In this document: piece after piece, positions 24,752 to 36,460 of the stretch
Layout: each line of letters opens with the position of its first letter
Position numbering within the stretch: the stretch's first letter is position 1
DNA from: Sphyrna mokarran
Taxonomy: Eukaryota
Direction of reading: 5' to 3'
DNA length: 64,000 bases
NCBI GenBank assembly: GCA_024679065.1
Contig: JAGIQG010000004.1
Span: 111,166,001-111,230,000, forward strand
The notes under the pieces: generated by a model
What the model saw: only the letters and a program-made list of their open reading frames with translations
Database searches by the model: none
What the model was told of the DNA's origin: nothing
Translations under genes and position numbers: made by a program

Positions 24752-26104
24752 ACCAGCTGTTTCTCTCTGCACAGATGCTGCACCAGATCTACTGTTATTT
24801 TCCTGCATTTTTAGTTTTATTTCACATAGAATTATTTCTGTTTATATATATTGCACCTAGGAAAAGCTGCTACTTATAAATCAATTATCAAATACTGTCA
24901 AGTCCACTTAAATAAATAACTGATAACAACAGAGTAAAATGTTTGGAGAATTACCTGATGATAATTTCCTAATAAAATCCATTTTCTACCTTTTTGAAAA
25001 TTATCTAACATTATTAAGTAAATAGAATGGTTAAATTAATGATGTAAGCATTAAATCTTTTCTCCTAATCAATATGTGGATCATAATGTCTTCCTCAGAG
25101 GCAAATTTGGAGGTGGTGGGAGGGTGTAGAGTGGTGTCCCACTGTCCTCTGATGGAGTTCAGGGTGTAGAGATTCAGGGAGTACTTTCCCTCCCTGATGC
25201 CAACAGTACAGAAGCTTCATTCAGTCTATCGGGTTCACGCCGACTCTCTAACAGAGTTTCTTACCCAGATCCGCTGCCCATCCTATCCCCGTAACCCTAC
25301 ACATTTATCATAGCCAATCCATCTAACTTGGCTAATGTTAGTATGGCCAATCCACCTAACCTGCACATCTTTAGATGGGAAATTACTGCCCACTGAAAGA
25401 CCTAATTCCATTAAACTAATATTTACATAGGATGCTCAAAAAGCAACGCCCATTGGATTTGCTGTGAGGGATAGAGGAACAGAATTGCTTCTTCTCAGGC
25501 AACTAGCGCCTGATCAAGGCACCTAAGATTGGAGGATCAAGTATCTGCTGTGAATGATCCCCTTCCTTTCATTCACCTTTGCTGTTCTATCCAGCCTCAC
25601 CCAGCTTGTAAACCTCTTTCCTGTAAGCCCCATCCTGTGGCCTGGCCCCCTCACTCATCCTGGGACTATGGTGTACACAATCCCATCAGTTGCTGCCAAT
25701 TCCCCTTTGGCACTCACCACAAAGAGGATTTGCCAGCCTCTGATTAGCTGGCAGCTGTTGGGAGTGGTGGGGGGAAGGTGGTGGTAGTTAGATTTCTACT
25801 CCTGGGGTCTTAGGAAGACCACTCAAGTGTTGGCTGGCAATTAAGATAGGGGGTTTTCCCCAAAGGAGATGATACAGGACTCTCGCTGGCCCTCCAGTCA
25901 GCAAGTAAGATCTCTGCTGTGTGGATTTTTGTTTAAATGCAAATGCTCTCCATATTCCATCACGAACTAGGGTGCAAATATTTTGGCCTCAACGTAACAG
26001 ACACCAACTCCACAACCTGGCACAAACAGCAATTTTAATACAACCAATTTATCATCATTTCATCCCTCATTTCCTATCCAATTAGATGTGTTGCAATTTC
26101 AAGC

Positions 26105-26460
26105 CCAGTATTCCAGAAGAATTGTAGCTGGATTTGTAATTCAGAATCCAGCACTAATTTTCTAGAAACCAAGGTTAAATCTCAACCCAGCATTTGGGGC
26201 TATTTAAATTAAATTAGTTTATAAGTCAGGAATAAAGAGCTTGCCACAGTAATGATAGTCATGAAATTACTGGAATATCATAAAAAACCCAGCTCATTCA
26301 CTAATGTCCTTTAGAGTAGGAAATTTGTCATTCTTACCTGATCTGCCTGATAGGTGATTCTACGTCCACAACAAAGTTATTGACTCCTAACAACCTCTGG
26401 GAGAACCACTCACTTGCCACAATCACCAACTTGATGACAATTAAGGATGCTAGCTTGCCT
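26105..26460 (+). mobile_element. Degenerate SINE of the tRNA-head/CR1-group-tail family
   Basis: CCCAGCTCATTCACTAATGTCCTTTAGAGTAGGAAATTTGTCATTCTTACCTG matches 28415-28470. Confidence 0.65.
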
Positions 26461-27620
26461 ACATAGAACATAGAACATTACAGCACAGAACAGGCCCTTC
26501 GGCCTTCGATGTTGCGCCGACCAATATAAAAAGCAATGCCCCTCCAAACTAAACCATTCCCTTCTCTTCCATATACTTATCAACTAACCTCTTAAACGCC
26601 ACCAAACTTGGCGCATCTACAACTGCTGCAGGCAGGGCATTCCACTCCCGAACCACCCTTTGGGTAAAGAACCTACCTCTGATATCCGTCCTATAACTAT
26701 CACCCCTTAATTTAAAGCTGTGTCCCCTCGTGCTAGCTTTCTCCATCCTAGGAAAAAGGCTATCACTGTCCACCCTATCTAAACCTCTAATCATCTTATA
26801 TGTTTCAATAAGGTCCCCTCTTAGCCGCCTCCTTTCTAACGAAAACAACCTCAAATCCCTCAGCCTCTCTTCATAAGACCTGCCCTCCATACCAGGCAAC
26901 ATCCTGGTAAACCTCCTCTGTACCCTCTCCAATGCCTCCACATCTTTCTTATAATGTGGGGACCAGAACTGCACACAATACTCCAAGTGCGGCCGCACTA
27001 GAGTTTTGTACAGTTGCAACATGACGTTGCGGCTCCGAAATTCAATCCCCCTACCAATAAAAGCTAAGACTCCATATGCCTTCTTAACAACCTTCTCGAC
27101 TTGACTGCCTACTTTCAGGGATCTATGCACATACACACCAAGATCCCTCTGTTCATCAAGACTACTAAGAATCCTACCATTAGCCCTATACTCTACACAT
27201 TTATTATTCCTGCCATAGTGCATTACCTCACACTTTTCCACATTAAACTCCATTTGCCACCTCTCGGCCCAGCTCTGCAACTTGTCCAAGTCCCTCTGCA
27301 AACTATAACACCCCTCTTCACTATCTACCACTCCACCGACTTTAGTGTCATCTGCAAATTTACTAATCCATCCTTCAATACCCTCATCCAGATCATTTAT
27401 AAAAATTACAAACAGCAGGGGCCCCAAAACAGACCCCTGAGGTACACCACTTGTCACCGAACTCCAAGATGAATATCTCCCATCAACCACCACCCTCTGT
27501 CTTCTATCTGCTAGCCAATTCCTAACCCAATTAGCTAAATCACCCTCTATCCCATACATCTGCATTTTCTGCAGAAGTCTTCCATGGGCCACCTAATCAA
27601 ATGCCTTACTAAAGTCCATA
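26461..27620 (-). mobile_element. Young CR1 (HER1-like) LINE, 5'-truncated, 1.16 kb
   Basis: (TGTTCTA)n tail and an uninterrupted ORF2 fragment. Near-identical to 22173-22631 and 60074-60829. Confidence 0.97.
26549..27592 (-). CDS. CR1 ORF2 reverse transcriptase C-terminal fragment (347 aa, open but truncated; probably not expressed)
   Basis: GVPQGSVLGPLLF, SKFADDTK, LVRPHLEYCVQFWSP and LERRRLRGDLIE motifs. Confidence 0.9.
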   Translation of the reverse strand: MAHGRLLQKMQMYGIEGDLANWVRNWLADRRQRVVVDGRYSSWSSVTSGVPQGSVLGPLLFVIFINDLDEGIEGWISKFADDTKVGGVVDSEEGCYSLQRDLDKLQSWAERWQMEFNVEKCEVMHYGRNNKCVEYRANGRILSSLDEQRDLGVYVHRSLKVGSQVEKVVKKAYGVLAFIGRGIEFRSRNVMLQLYKTLVRPHLEYCVQFWSPHYKKDVEALERVQRRFTRMLPGMEGRSYEERLRDLRLFSLERRRLRGDLIETYKMIRGLDRVDSDSLFPRMEKASTRGHSFKLRGDSYRTDIRGRFFTQRVVREWNALPAAVVDAPSLVAFKRLVDKYMEEKGMV

Positions 27621-29056
27621 AAAGTACATTCTATGAATAAATAAAATCAACTTTTTAAAAAAAGATTAGCAATATACTTCAGAATACTAGCAGCTGAATT
27701 CTCACTTCCAAGGTATCTCACGATGGGGAAAGGTTCTGGTTCACTCTGGTCCAGACCCACTCTGATGAAAAGGATTCTTTCACATAAAATTCTTGCTTCA
27801 AGATAGCAGGGGCAGAACCAAGTAAAGCCTGATGACCCCAGAAGCAGATTGGACGTAACAATGGAAGTGGATGAATGTCAAGGCAGGCTGTTTGGAAGGC
27901 TAGCCTCAGTTCCTGGGACTTTGTCTCAATTATATCAAAAGTTACTCAGCCCTCAAGCTGTCATTCCCCACACGGCCACCATTCGCCATGTTTCTTCCCT
28001 CCATCCATGCTGGTTCCATTCCAGCTCATGCTCCCATGTCACTTTATAGACTATGTCAACTTGTAATCTCATGACACCTTCATAGTTACTCACCAGCGTC
28101 TATGATGAGCAGACCATGGCAGCCATGTGGGGATGACAAGGTATTTTAACAACTGAATAGGATTCATACATATATCATGCCCATGCAGCTGTACTCATGG
28201 AGTTATGGAAAATTTACATATTTTGTTTAAAAACAAAATGGAAAATGGACAGTAGTGAAGTGGTATTGTCACTGGACTAATAATCCAGGCACACAGGGAC
28301 TGGGGCCTAGGTTCAAACTCCACCATGGTAGATGGTGAAACTTTGATTCAATAAAAATCTGGAATTAAAAGTCTATTGATGACCATGACAATTGTCAATT
28401 GTTGGAAAAAATCTATCTGGTTCACTAATGTTCTTTAGGGAAGGAAATCTGTCATCCTTACTTGTTCTGGCCTACGCGTGACGCCAGATCCACAGCAATG
28501 ACTGTTAAATGCCCTCTGAAATAGTTGGACAAGACATTCAGTTACATAAATCACTAAAAAGTCTAAAAGGAATGGAACCCAGTGGGGCACCTGGCATCGC
28601 TCGAGGTGCAGAACACGACAACTGAAGACTGAGACCTATCAGATCTGCAAACAACTCCTTACTAACGTCTGAGGACTTGTGCCAAAATTGGGAGTTACCT
28701 CACAGACAGGTCATAGTCTTAAAACACCACCTTACAGAAAATGTCACAGACATCACTGTAACCATCCCTGAGCATGTCCTGTCCCATTGGCAGGATAAAC
28801 TCAGCAGAGGCGGTGGCATGGAGGCATACAGTGGGGAGGCAGCTACTCAACATTGTTTCATGACATCAGGTCACATGGGGCAAGGAAACCTCCTGTTGAT
28901 TTCTACATACCCATAGACTGACTCCCGTCTTCACTCCCATTCCCCACAATGTTGAACACTATTGGGGGAAAGCACTGTGTAGTTGGGGGACTTCAATGTC
29001 CATCACCAAAAGTACCTTAGCAACAGCACTACTGACTGAACTGGCCATGTCCTTCA

Positions 29057-29210
29057 GTGAGAAGTCTCACAACACCAGGCTACAGTCCAAAAGGTTTATT
29101 TGGTAGCACAAGCCACAAGCTTTTGGAGTGCTGTTCCTTCGTCAGGCCAGTGGGAGTTCTGTTCACAAACAGGGCATATAAAGACGTAAACTCAATTTAC
29201 AAAACAATAA
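29057..29210 (-). mobile_element. Penelope pLTR fragment inserted in the LINE (hammerhead motif CTGACGA…AAAAGCTT)
   Basis: Matches 4380-4530 and sits at the point of a large internal deletion of the host LINE. Confidence 0.8.
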
Positions 29211-29777
29211 TGTACAGAAAAATAATGTCCTTTGAGACATAGTTAGCAACGGCCACTCAGCTCCTGACCTCATTACAGCCTTGGTTCAAACACGGATAAA
29301 AAAAAGCTGAACTCTAGACACGAGCTGAGAATGATTATACTTAACATCAAGGCAGCATTTGACTGAGGGTGGTAACAAGGAAGCCAAGCATTTGGAATCA
29401 GAGGAGAAACTCTCCATTGGCTGGTGTTCAGAAAGGAAGGTTGTTGTTGTTGGAAGTCAATCACCTCAGTAACCACCACTGCAGCTGTTCCCCAAGGTCA
29501 TGTCCTCAGCTTAACCATCTCCATCTGGATCACCAATGACCTTCTTTCCATCATAAAGTCAGAAGTTTTAGCTGATGATTGCACAATATTCAGCATCTTC
29601 GTAACTCCTCAGATCGTATCCAAAAGCAACAAAACCCCGACAACATCCAGGCTTGGGCTGACAAATGATACATCACTTTTTCGCCACACAAGTGCTAGGC
29701 AATGATCATCTCCAACAAGAGGAAAACTAACTGTTGCCCCTTGACATTCAAAGGCATCACTAAATCCCCTACGATCA

Positions 29778-30052
29778 ATAGAGAAACATAGAATCTCTAC
29801 AGTGCAGAAAGAGGCCAATCAACCTATAATGTCTGCACTAATTCTCTGAAAGAGCATCCCACAAGGTTCTCCTTTTCCTCCTATCCTCATAACCCTGCAC
29901 AATTCCCATGGCTAACCCACTTAACCTACAAACCTTTGGATTGGGGGAGGAAACTGGAGCACTCAGAGAAAACCCACAGGGAGAACATGCAAACTCCTCA
30001 CAGATAATTACCAAATGGTCTATGAGGCAACAGTGCCGAGCATTGTGCCACT
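29778..30052 (-). mobile_element. HE1-type SINE inserted in the LINE RT region
   Basis: Reverse-complemented tail CATAGAATCTCTACAGTGCAGAAAGAGGCC and V-core. The host RT resumes at about 30053. Confidence 0.8.
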
Positions 30053-31697
30053 CCACATCCTGAGGTTCACCATTGATCAAAACTTGAACTGAAGTGTTCA
30101 TATAAATACTGTGATTATCAGAACAGTTCAAAGGCTCGGAATCCTGCATTGAGTATATCACCTCTTCTCTTCCAAATGCCTGCCCACCATCTATAAGGCA
30201 CAAGTCAGGAGTGTGATCGAATGCTCTCCACTTGCCATCATGAGTGCAGCTCCAACATCACTCAGGAAGCTTGACACCATCCAAGGCAAATCAGCTCGCT
30301 TTATTGGCATGCCATTGATAAATATCCACTCCCTCCACCAGAGGTACACAGCGGTAATATTAAGTAGCAATGAGTACTAGTTATAAAATGCATTTCAGCA
30401 ACTAACAAGGCTTCTTAAACAATACTTTCAAATCCTGTCCACTACTGTCTAGAAGGACATGGATATCAGACACATTGGAATACCAGCTACTGGAAGTTCC
30501 TTTCCAAGCCAGTCATCGGTTTGACTTAGAAATATATCTCCGTTCCTTCACTGTTCTTTCTCTAATGCTGGCACAAAATTCCAGAATTCCTTCCTTAACA
30601 GCACTGTGAGTGTATCTGTACCGCATGGAAAGCAGCGATTAAAGAAAGTGGCTCACCATCACCTTCTCAAGGGCAATTAGGGTCAGGAAATGAATGCTGG
30701 CCAAGTCAGTGATGCCCACATCCCACAGATGAATAATAAAAAAAAACAAACAAAATGGAATTGAGAGGTTAGGTGACCTCATTTAATTTCTGCCAACATA
30801 AATGGAACTGCACAAGATGTGAAATTGGCTTACTTGTCTGGCAGGACATTAAAATGCAAATGAGCTTTGAAAACATTTCACTGAGAAGACATTAAAATGC
30901 AACTGGCATTTAATGTGGAATTAATGGCTACCACTGTCCAAATACCTGCAATGGCCTTACAGGCTTCTTGGCAATGGAATTGAATTCAGCAGAATAACAA
31001 TGAAGATAAACCCATTCTATCACAGGTAGGTGCAAGTGGATGAAGCACAAGCACTATAGCGTTTTATTGCCCAAGTCATCAGAAACCATCTGTATAGACA
31101 ATGGTAAACAAATACTCTGCTCACCAGAGAGAAACCAGGCTGTGAAAAGAAATGTTTATTTAAACAGACATTTGGAGACTCACTCAGTCAATGGGGTTGC
31201 ACGGACAGATGGAGACAAGGAAAAAAAGAAGCACCCTGCCTAAAATCCATCAGAAGGCAGTGAATTGTGGCTATCTTAATCTGTCAACTTGAAGGACCAA
31301 AGCAATTGTTCACCAGAGGGTTACAACTGCACCTTGACTGAGTTAAACTTGAAAACTCGCTGCTTTAAGTTGTAACCCACGACAAATTCATTAACATAGG
31401 GCCCTACTTTACCATTTTCATTCCAAGTGTAGGTCAACTTGAAACTGAGAGTGGAGTTTTAGGCCCATTCTGAGATGCCCCCGTACACACTCTGCCTGAA
31501 AAAATATCAGCAACTCTGAATCACACTGCAGAAGCCTGTGGATGGGGTTTAACCAAGAAGATCAGTGGCCTCATTAGGGCAATAAGGATGAGTGATTAAC
31601 CCCATCCAGCTTTGCCCAAATCTCCCCAGATCCTCCCATCCCCAGCAGCCTGCATGTTCCCTTGACCCCCAAGCACCTTTGTCTTACATTAGCTGCT

Positions 31698-31724
31698 ACC
31701 ACCACCACCACCACCACCACCACC
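31698..31724 (+). repeat. (ACC)n microsatellite
   Basis: Nine ACC units. Confidence 0.95.
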
Positions 31725-32059
31725 CCAACAGCCAAGAGTAACATTGCACTTGCCTTTTAAGGGCCACCACCTGATAGTCTGCAGGAATCATGCCACCATT
31801 TCTTTCATGGCTCCTTCAGCCCCCACAGGAGAACACTAACGATAACACCAAAGAGGCAAAGACAGGGGGGTGGTGAGCCAGACCTTTGGATTCTCACTCC
31901 TTTGAAGAGCGGGCGCTATAGCTGTCCAGAGAAGGGAAGATGAGGGCTGTCAGTGACAGCATGGTTGGGCTGGAGTCAAGATATGAACACCTCTCAATCT
32001 TCCGGTCAATTTGAGGCAACTTCTCGGGAGCATGTTGAATGTGAGGTGAGAGGAGCAAG

Positions 32060-32302
32060 GAGATTTTAGAGGCATGTTTATTTGCATGGACATGGTGGTG
32101 CCTGGAACTCAATGCCAGAGGAGATTGTGAAGACAGATATGAGAGTGACTTTACAGCTATGTGAATGGGATGGGAATAAAGGCATATGGTCCCCAGAAGG
32201 GTAGGAGTTACAATTCAGATGGGCAGCCTGGTCACTGCAGGTTTGGAGGGCCAAAGGGCCTGTTCCAATGATGTAATCTTCTTTGTGCTTTGTTTGATGT
32301 TC
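32060..32302 (+). mobile_element. CR1 3' fragment in the ORF1 intron
   Basis: GTGGTGCCTGGAACTCAATGCC…GGAGGGCCAAAGGGCCTGTTCC…TCTTTG tail. Confidence 0.75.
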
Positions 32303-32947
32303 AGTGGAGAAATGTGAATCAAGTTTTTTGCATCCCACGTTCCTTTCCCTTCCTTGCACTTAACTTTGTGCCCTGTGTTGCAGGGACACATCCAGATACC
32401 CCAGGGCCTTCTGACATTGTGGCCCTGACTGCGGCCCCTGACCATCATGCTCCAGGTATCTCAGACAAATCCTTGGAGGATACGGCTGAAGGGACTTCCA
32501 AGGGCGGCACCGGTTTGGTGTCAGCATCCACCCCGCAGTTCACCACCTCAGATACTGACACAGTGGTGGCTCCAGTTAATGGTGAGGCCTCTGGGTCACA
32601 ATGTGGTGAACATGACACATCTGCTGATGTACATTGGGTGGAACGTCCAAGGCCTCTGGCATGCAGGGGCCTACCGGAGGCGAGGACTCAACTGGCCCCA
32701 GGCTACATGCTGGGCCTCTGAAATCACTTCTCCCTCAACTGCTGGAGATGCAGCAACAGGGCCAGAGAATGCAGGAGGAGCTGATGGCCTCACTGGACTG
32801 ACTATGAGGCTTTTGGGAGGAGTCCCAAAGCTTTCAGGCAGAGCAGCTATTGCTTGGGTTCCCAGGCCAACACTGCAAGGGCGGTGTCTGCGGTGGAAAG
32901 TCTTGGGCAGGAAATACTCACCATGAGTGGCAGGCTCCAAGCGATGG

Positions 32948-33053
32948 CTGAGTCACAGCAGGCCACAGTAGAGTCCCAGAGGGGCACGACTGAGATGCAC
33001 CAGGCCACAGCAGAGTCCCAGAGGGGCATGGCTGAGATGCACCATGCCACAGC
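32948..33053 (+). repeat. 42-bp (2 x 21) coding tandem repeat encoding heptads
   Basis: AESQQATVESQRGT-TEMHQATAESQRGM-AEMHHATA. Confidence 0.9.
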
Positions 33054-34284
33054 TGGGGAACTCAGAATTTTCAAAGTCGTGCTGCCTATGACTGAGAGAC
33101 TCAAGTGCTTGCATGACATCCAGCAGGACAGAGATGGGAAACTAAAGCCTCATAGCCAAGTAGCAGAGAGTCATGGCTGAGGTGTTACAGAGTGTGGCCC
33201 ACTCTCAGAAGACACTTGCTGCGGCCTTGGCATGTGGTCCCCATCTCAGGTGACAATCGCAGAGGACTCGACCACGATGGGTAGGGCATTGATGATTCCC
33301 CCAGGACTAGTAAAGCCAGCCAACACCAGGGCTTCTAGAACTCACTGCAGAAGGACTGTTGCCCCATGGAATGACCCAGGGGCCCATAAGAACCCTAAAG
33401 GAGGAAGAAGGGCTCGAGACTATGCTGGGGCCTTCCAGCCAGGAGACTGTGGCTGTGGCTCTGACTCCCCTCTTCCTTACATGGGGCATCTCAGGGACAG
33501 CGGGATGAAGAGGGTATCATGAAAATATCCCAGACACCTGGAAGCTGGCCAAGGCTCTGACGGTGCAGGGCCTCCAGAGGATGCCTGGCTAGCACATCAG
33601 AAGCCATGGGGCAATGTAGGCAACTGTCTCCCTCCACCTCTGATTTAATTCTCAGTAGATACTGAGACATAGGCCACATAAGGTTAGGAAGTTATAACTG
33701 CACTAAAATGGCACGGGTGAAGGGCTGCACTTGTTAGATAGGTCTTTAAGCACCTTAATGTTTTCCATTCACATGTTCTTATGTTATAATTATTATTTAA
33801 ACATCCTCATGTTTATCATTAAACGTTTTTTCACCACTTACCTGTGACTAAATTGTTTCTGATTTGTCGTGAACAGGAATCCGCTTCCATTGACGATCGT
33901 TGGAGGGATGCTTCATTAATGGGGAGGCCTCTCAGTGCTAGACTGAGAAAGGAAACTATTGGTTCCCCAGAACTCACAAGTGACTCAAACTCTTGACCCA
34001 CCCAACCTGCCGCAGGGCCCTGTACAGGGTTTTCAGATCCCTTAACCACTGCACAGGTATGGGTCCAGGTGCCAGCATGCATGTGGAGCTCAGGTAGAAG
34101 TCAGACTAACTTGCACCAGGGCATCATCGTAATGGTGCTTAGCGAGTCATCATCCCCTCCTGTCTGCCAAAGAAATTCACTCATACGGCGTACCCAGGTC
34201 CACCGCTCTGGTGTGACAATGTTACAAGAGACAGGAAGACTTTGGGGAGGGGGTGGGGAATGGAACCCAGGTGTATAGATACAG

Positions 34285-35410
34285 TGACTGAACCGCCTGG
34301 TGATCGGGGCCTCCCTCGCCGCCCTCCATGCTTCATTCGAGCTGCCAGGCCATCAGTGCGTGGGTGGTGTTTCTCAGGGTCCTCCTCCTTTTCTTCCTCC
34401 TCCTGCTGGGCAGCCTACTCCCCAGCAGCACCCCTCCTCCTCCAATATGTCACCTCTCTGCTGAGCGAGGTTGTGCAGGGCCCAGCACACGACCACAATG
34501 CAGGAAGAGATTAGGGGGTTGCATTGTAAGGCCCCACCAGAGTGGTCCAGACTCTGTAATTGCATTTTGAGGAGCTCTATGCACCTTTTCCACTATAGAG
34601 CAGGCAGCTACATGAGCCTCATTACAGTAAGTCTCCGCCTCAGTCACAGGCCTCTGCACAGGTGTTATCAGCAATGTCCGAAGCGGGTAAGGCATATCAC
34701 CCACGAGCCACCCCCGCAGCCTGGGCTCCTCCTCGAATACCTCCGGGATTTCAGAGCTCCTGAGAGTGCAGTTGTTATACACACTGCCTGGTGTCACACG
34801 CAGCCATGCATAATGTACATATTGTGGTCACATTCAGCGAGTGGAACTCTTTCCTGTTGATGAATCTTCATGGATTCTGCAGCAGGACCTTGAGAGTGAC
34901 ATGGGCTCATTTGATGGCCCCCTGTTCATTAGGTATCCCCACAGTGGCTGCGAAACCTTCAGCCCGGGCTTCCTGCTGGGCCTGTCCAAGTTAAATTTGA
35001 TGTTCTGCTCAGCCCGGACATACAGGGATTCCATGACCTGCTTGACACAGATGTGCACAGCTAACTGGGAAATGCCGCATTCATCTCCGCTATGGGTTTG
35101 GAAGGAGTCAGTTGCATAAAGGTTCAGAGTGGCCGTCAGTTTGAAAGTCACTGAGAATGGCTGCCCACCCCTTCCCCCTCCCCCACCCCCCATCCCGAGG
35201 TGCCAGATCCAGCAACAGATGGCACAGGTGTTGCACTGTCTCCTCTGGGTGAATGACGGACTCCCGCCTATAGTGGTTGTTCCTCTTTACTCCTGCAAGT
35301 GGTGAGGCTTGGGCCTCCTGTATCCACAACTCACCCTCCTGCTCCTCCCCCTCAGCTCCAGCAGCAACCAAAAGAAGGGCAAGATTGATCAGTTGCATCG
35401 CAAATGCCAT
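34285..35410 (-). pseudogene. Harbinger (HARBI1-like) DDE transposase, frameshifted
   Basis: LNLYATDSFQ…GDECGISQLAVH, FINRKEFHSLNV, PGSV…GWLVGDMPYPLRTLLITPV…NEAH, and IVVVCWALHNLA. The ATG at 35410 follows a CCCTTCAG acceptor. Confidence 0.92.
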
Positions 35411-35520
35411 CTCTGAAGGGTGGACGGTTAAAGAAGCAGAGGGACACATGTAGAGGTTAAAGAATGCTGCTTGCTCTTAGCCCAGCAACACACACTGTCC
35501 ATATTGCCCATTCCCCCACC

Positions 35521-35927
35521 ATTATAGACTCATTTCCCCACTCACATGTTCCCCAGCATCACAGACCCCTCATTCCCCCACTCACATGTTCTGCAGAATC
35601 ACAAACTCTTCATTGCCCCATCCACATGCTCCCTAGAATCACAGACCCCCCATTTCCTCACCCATGTGTGTCCCAGCGCCACAGACCACCCAATCCCCAA
35701 CCACATGCTCCGTAGAATCACGGAGCCCCCAATTCCCAGCCACATGCTCTATAGAATCATAGACCCTTCTTTCCCTACCCACATGCTCTCCAACATCACA
35801 GACCCCTCCCAGTCCCCACCCGCCTACTCCCCAGAATCACGGCCCACCCCTCTCCATTCCACCTCTCACATGCTCCTTAAAATCACAGACCCACAATTTC
35901 CCCAGCCACTTGCTCCCCAAAATCACA
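35521..35927. repeat. About 40-bp C-rich minisatellite (about 10 diverged units) in the putative 5' intron of the transposase
   Basis: The CACATGCT…AGAATCACAGACCCC unit recurs (CTCACATGTT at 35541 and 35581). Confidence 0.9.
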
Positions 35928-36405
35928 CTGTGTACTACCTCTGCACTAACCCTCACTGATGGAGCGCCTGAATCAGACTTTGATGGAGCGTGTCTGTTTC
36001 ACGCCAATTCCAGATTGGTGAATGTGGTGGTAAAGGAGGAAATATCTGTAAAGTTGGGCATGTAGCCCATTAAGTGGTTTGAAATGCATACGAGTACATA
36101 TAAATGGCCATCAGGACTGCTTTGAGTGTTGTCCTGATGGTGGCCATTTTTGGCTCTTGATAAAGGTGGAATTGGCACAGAAGTGGGCACGGATCACACT
36201 ACTCGCCTCACGCCCAACTTTACCAATTTTTTGTGCCTGAAAACGGGCACAATGTGATGGTAAAATCATCTGCCTTAAACTTCCAATCTCTATTTCTTTC
36301 GTGAATAAAAAAGAAATCATCAAACCTCAAGAAAGTCAAATATAATATCGTATTCTGACTGTTAAGACATAAGTGCATGCTACCTCTTCTGTAATTATCT
36401 TTTCT

Positions 36406-36460
36406 TATGTGTGTGCATGTATGTGTATGTGTGTGAGGATTTGTGTGTATGAGTGGGTGC
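36406..36460. repeat. Imperfect (TG)n microsatellite
   Basis: TATGTGTGTGCATGTATGTGTATGTGTGTG…. Confidence 0.8.

Larger units (their letters stand above)
28247..30747 (+). mobile_element. CR1-group LINE with tRNA-like Pol III 5' head, no ORF1, decayed endonuclease and RT, TSD-flanked
   Basis: A box TAGTGAAGTGG (28253-28263) and B box GGTTCAAACTC (28310-28320). APE endonuclease motifs (IPEHVLSHWQDKLSRGGG, GDFNVHH) start about 110 bp after the head, followed by RT motifs (IKAAFD, VPQGHVLS, LADDCTIF) and the family tail. AAACAAAATGGAA is repeated at 28231-28243 and 30748-30760. Confidence 0.85.
31555..33700 (+). pseudogene. Harbinger ORF1 (Myb/SANT-like DNA-binding, coiled-coil partner), spliced remnant
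   Basis: Residual end of the Myb exon (KKISGLIRAIR, donor mutated to ATGAGT at 31588). Exon 2 after the acceptor at 31828 encodes (K/R)xGGGEPDLWILTP/FEERAL. Exon 3 after TGTTGCAG (32383) carries heptad repeats. Confidence 0.75.
31399..36274. mobile_element. PIF/Harbinger DNA transposon, decayed autonomous-type copy (convergent Myb/SANT-like ORF1 and DDE transposase)
   Basis: Degenerate TIRs GGGCCCTACTTTACCAT / ATGGTAAAATCATCTGCC enclose two convergent pseudogenes. Both ends are homologous to 48197-49252. Confidence 0.9.

Noticed and set aside
27101-27472. 123-aa plus-strand ORF
   Set aside because: Antisense frame of the CR1 RT.
34285-35410. Host HARBI1 gene
   Set aside because: Multiple frameshifts and stops, altered catalytic motifs, and location within TIRs alongside ORF1 make it a dead transposon copy.
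35521-35927. Regularly spaced repeat resembling a CRISPR array
   Set aside because: Whole units are tandemly repeated with no unique spacers, there are no cas genes, and the context is a eukaryotic transposon.
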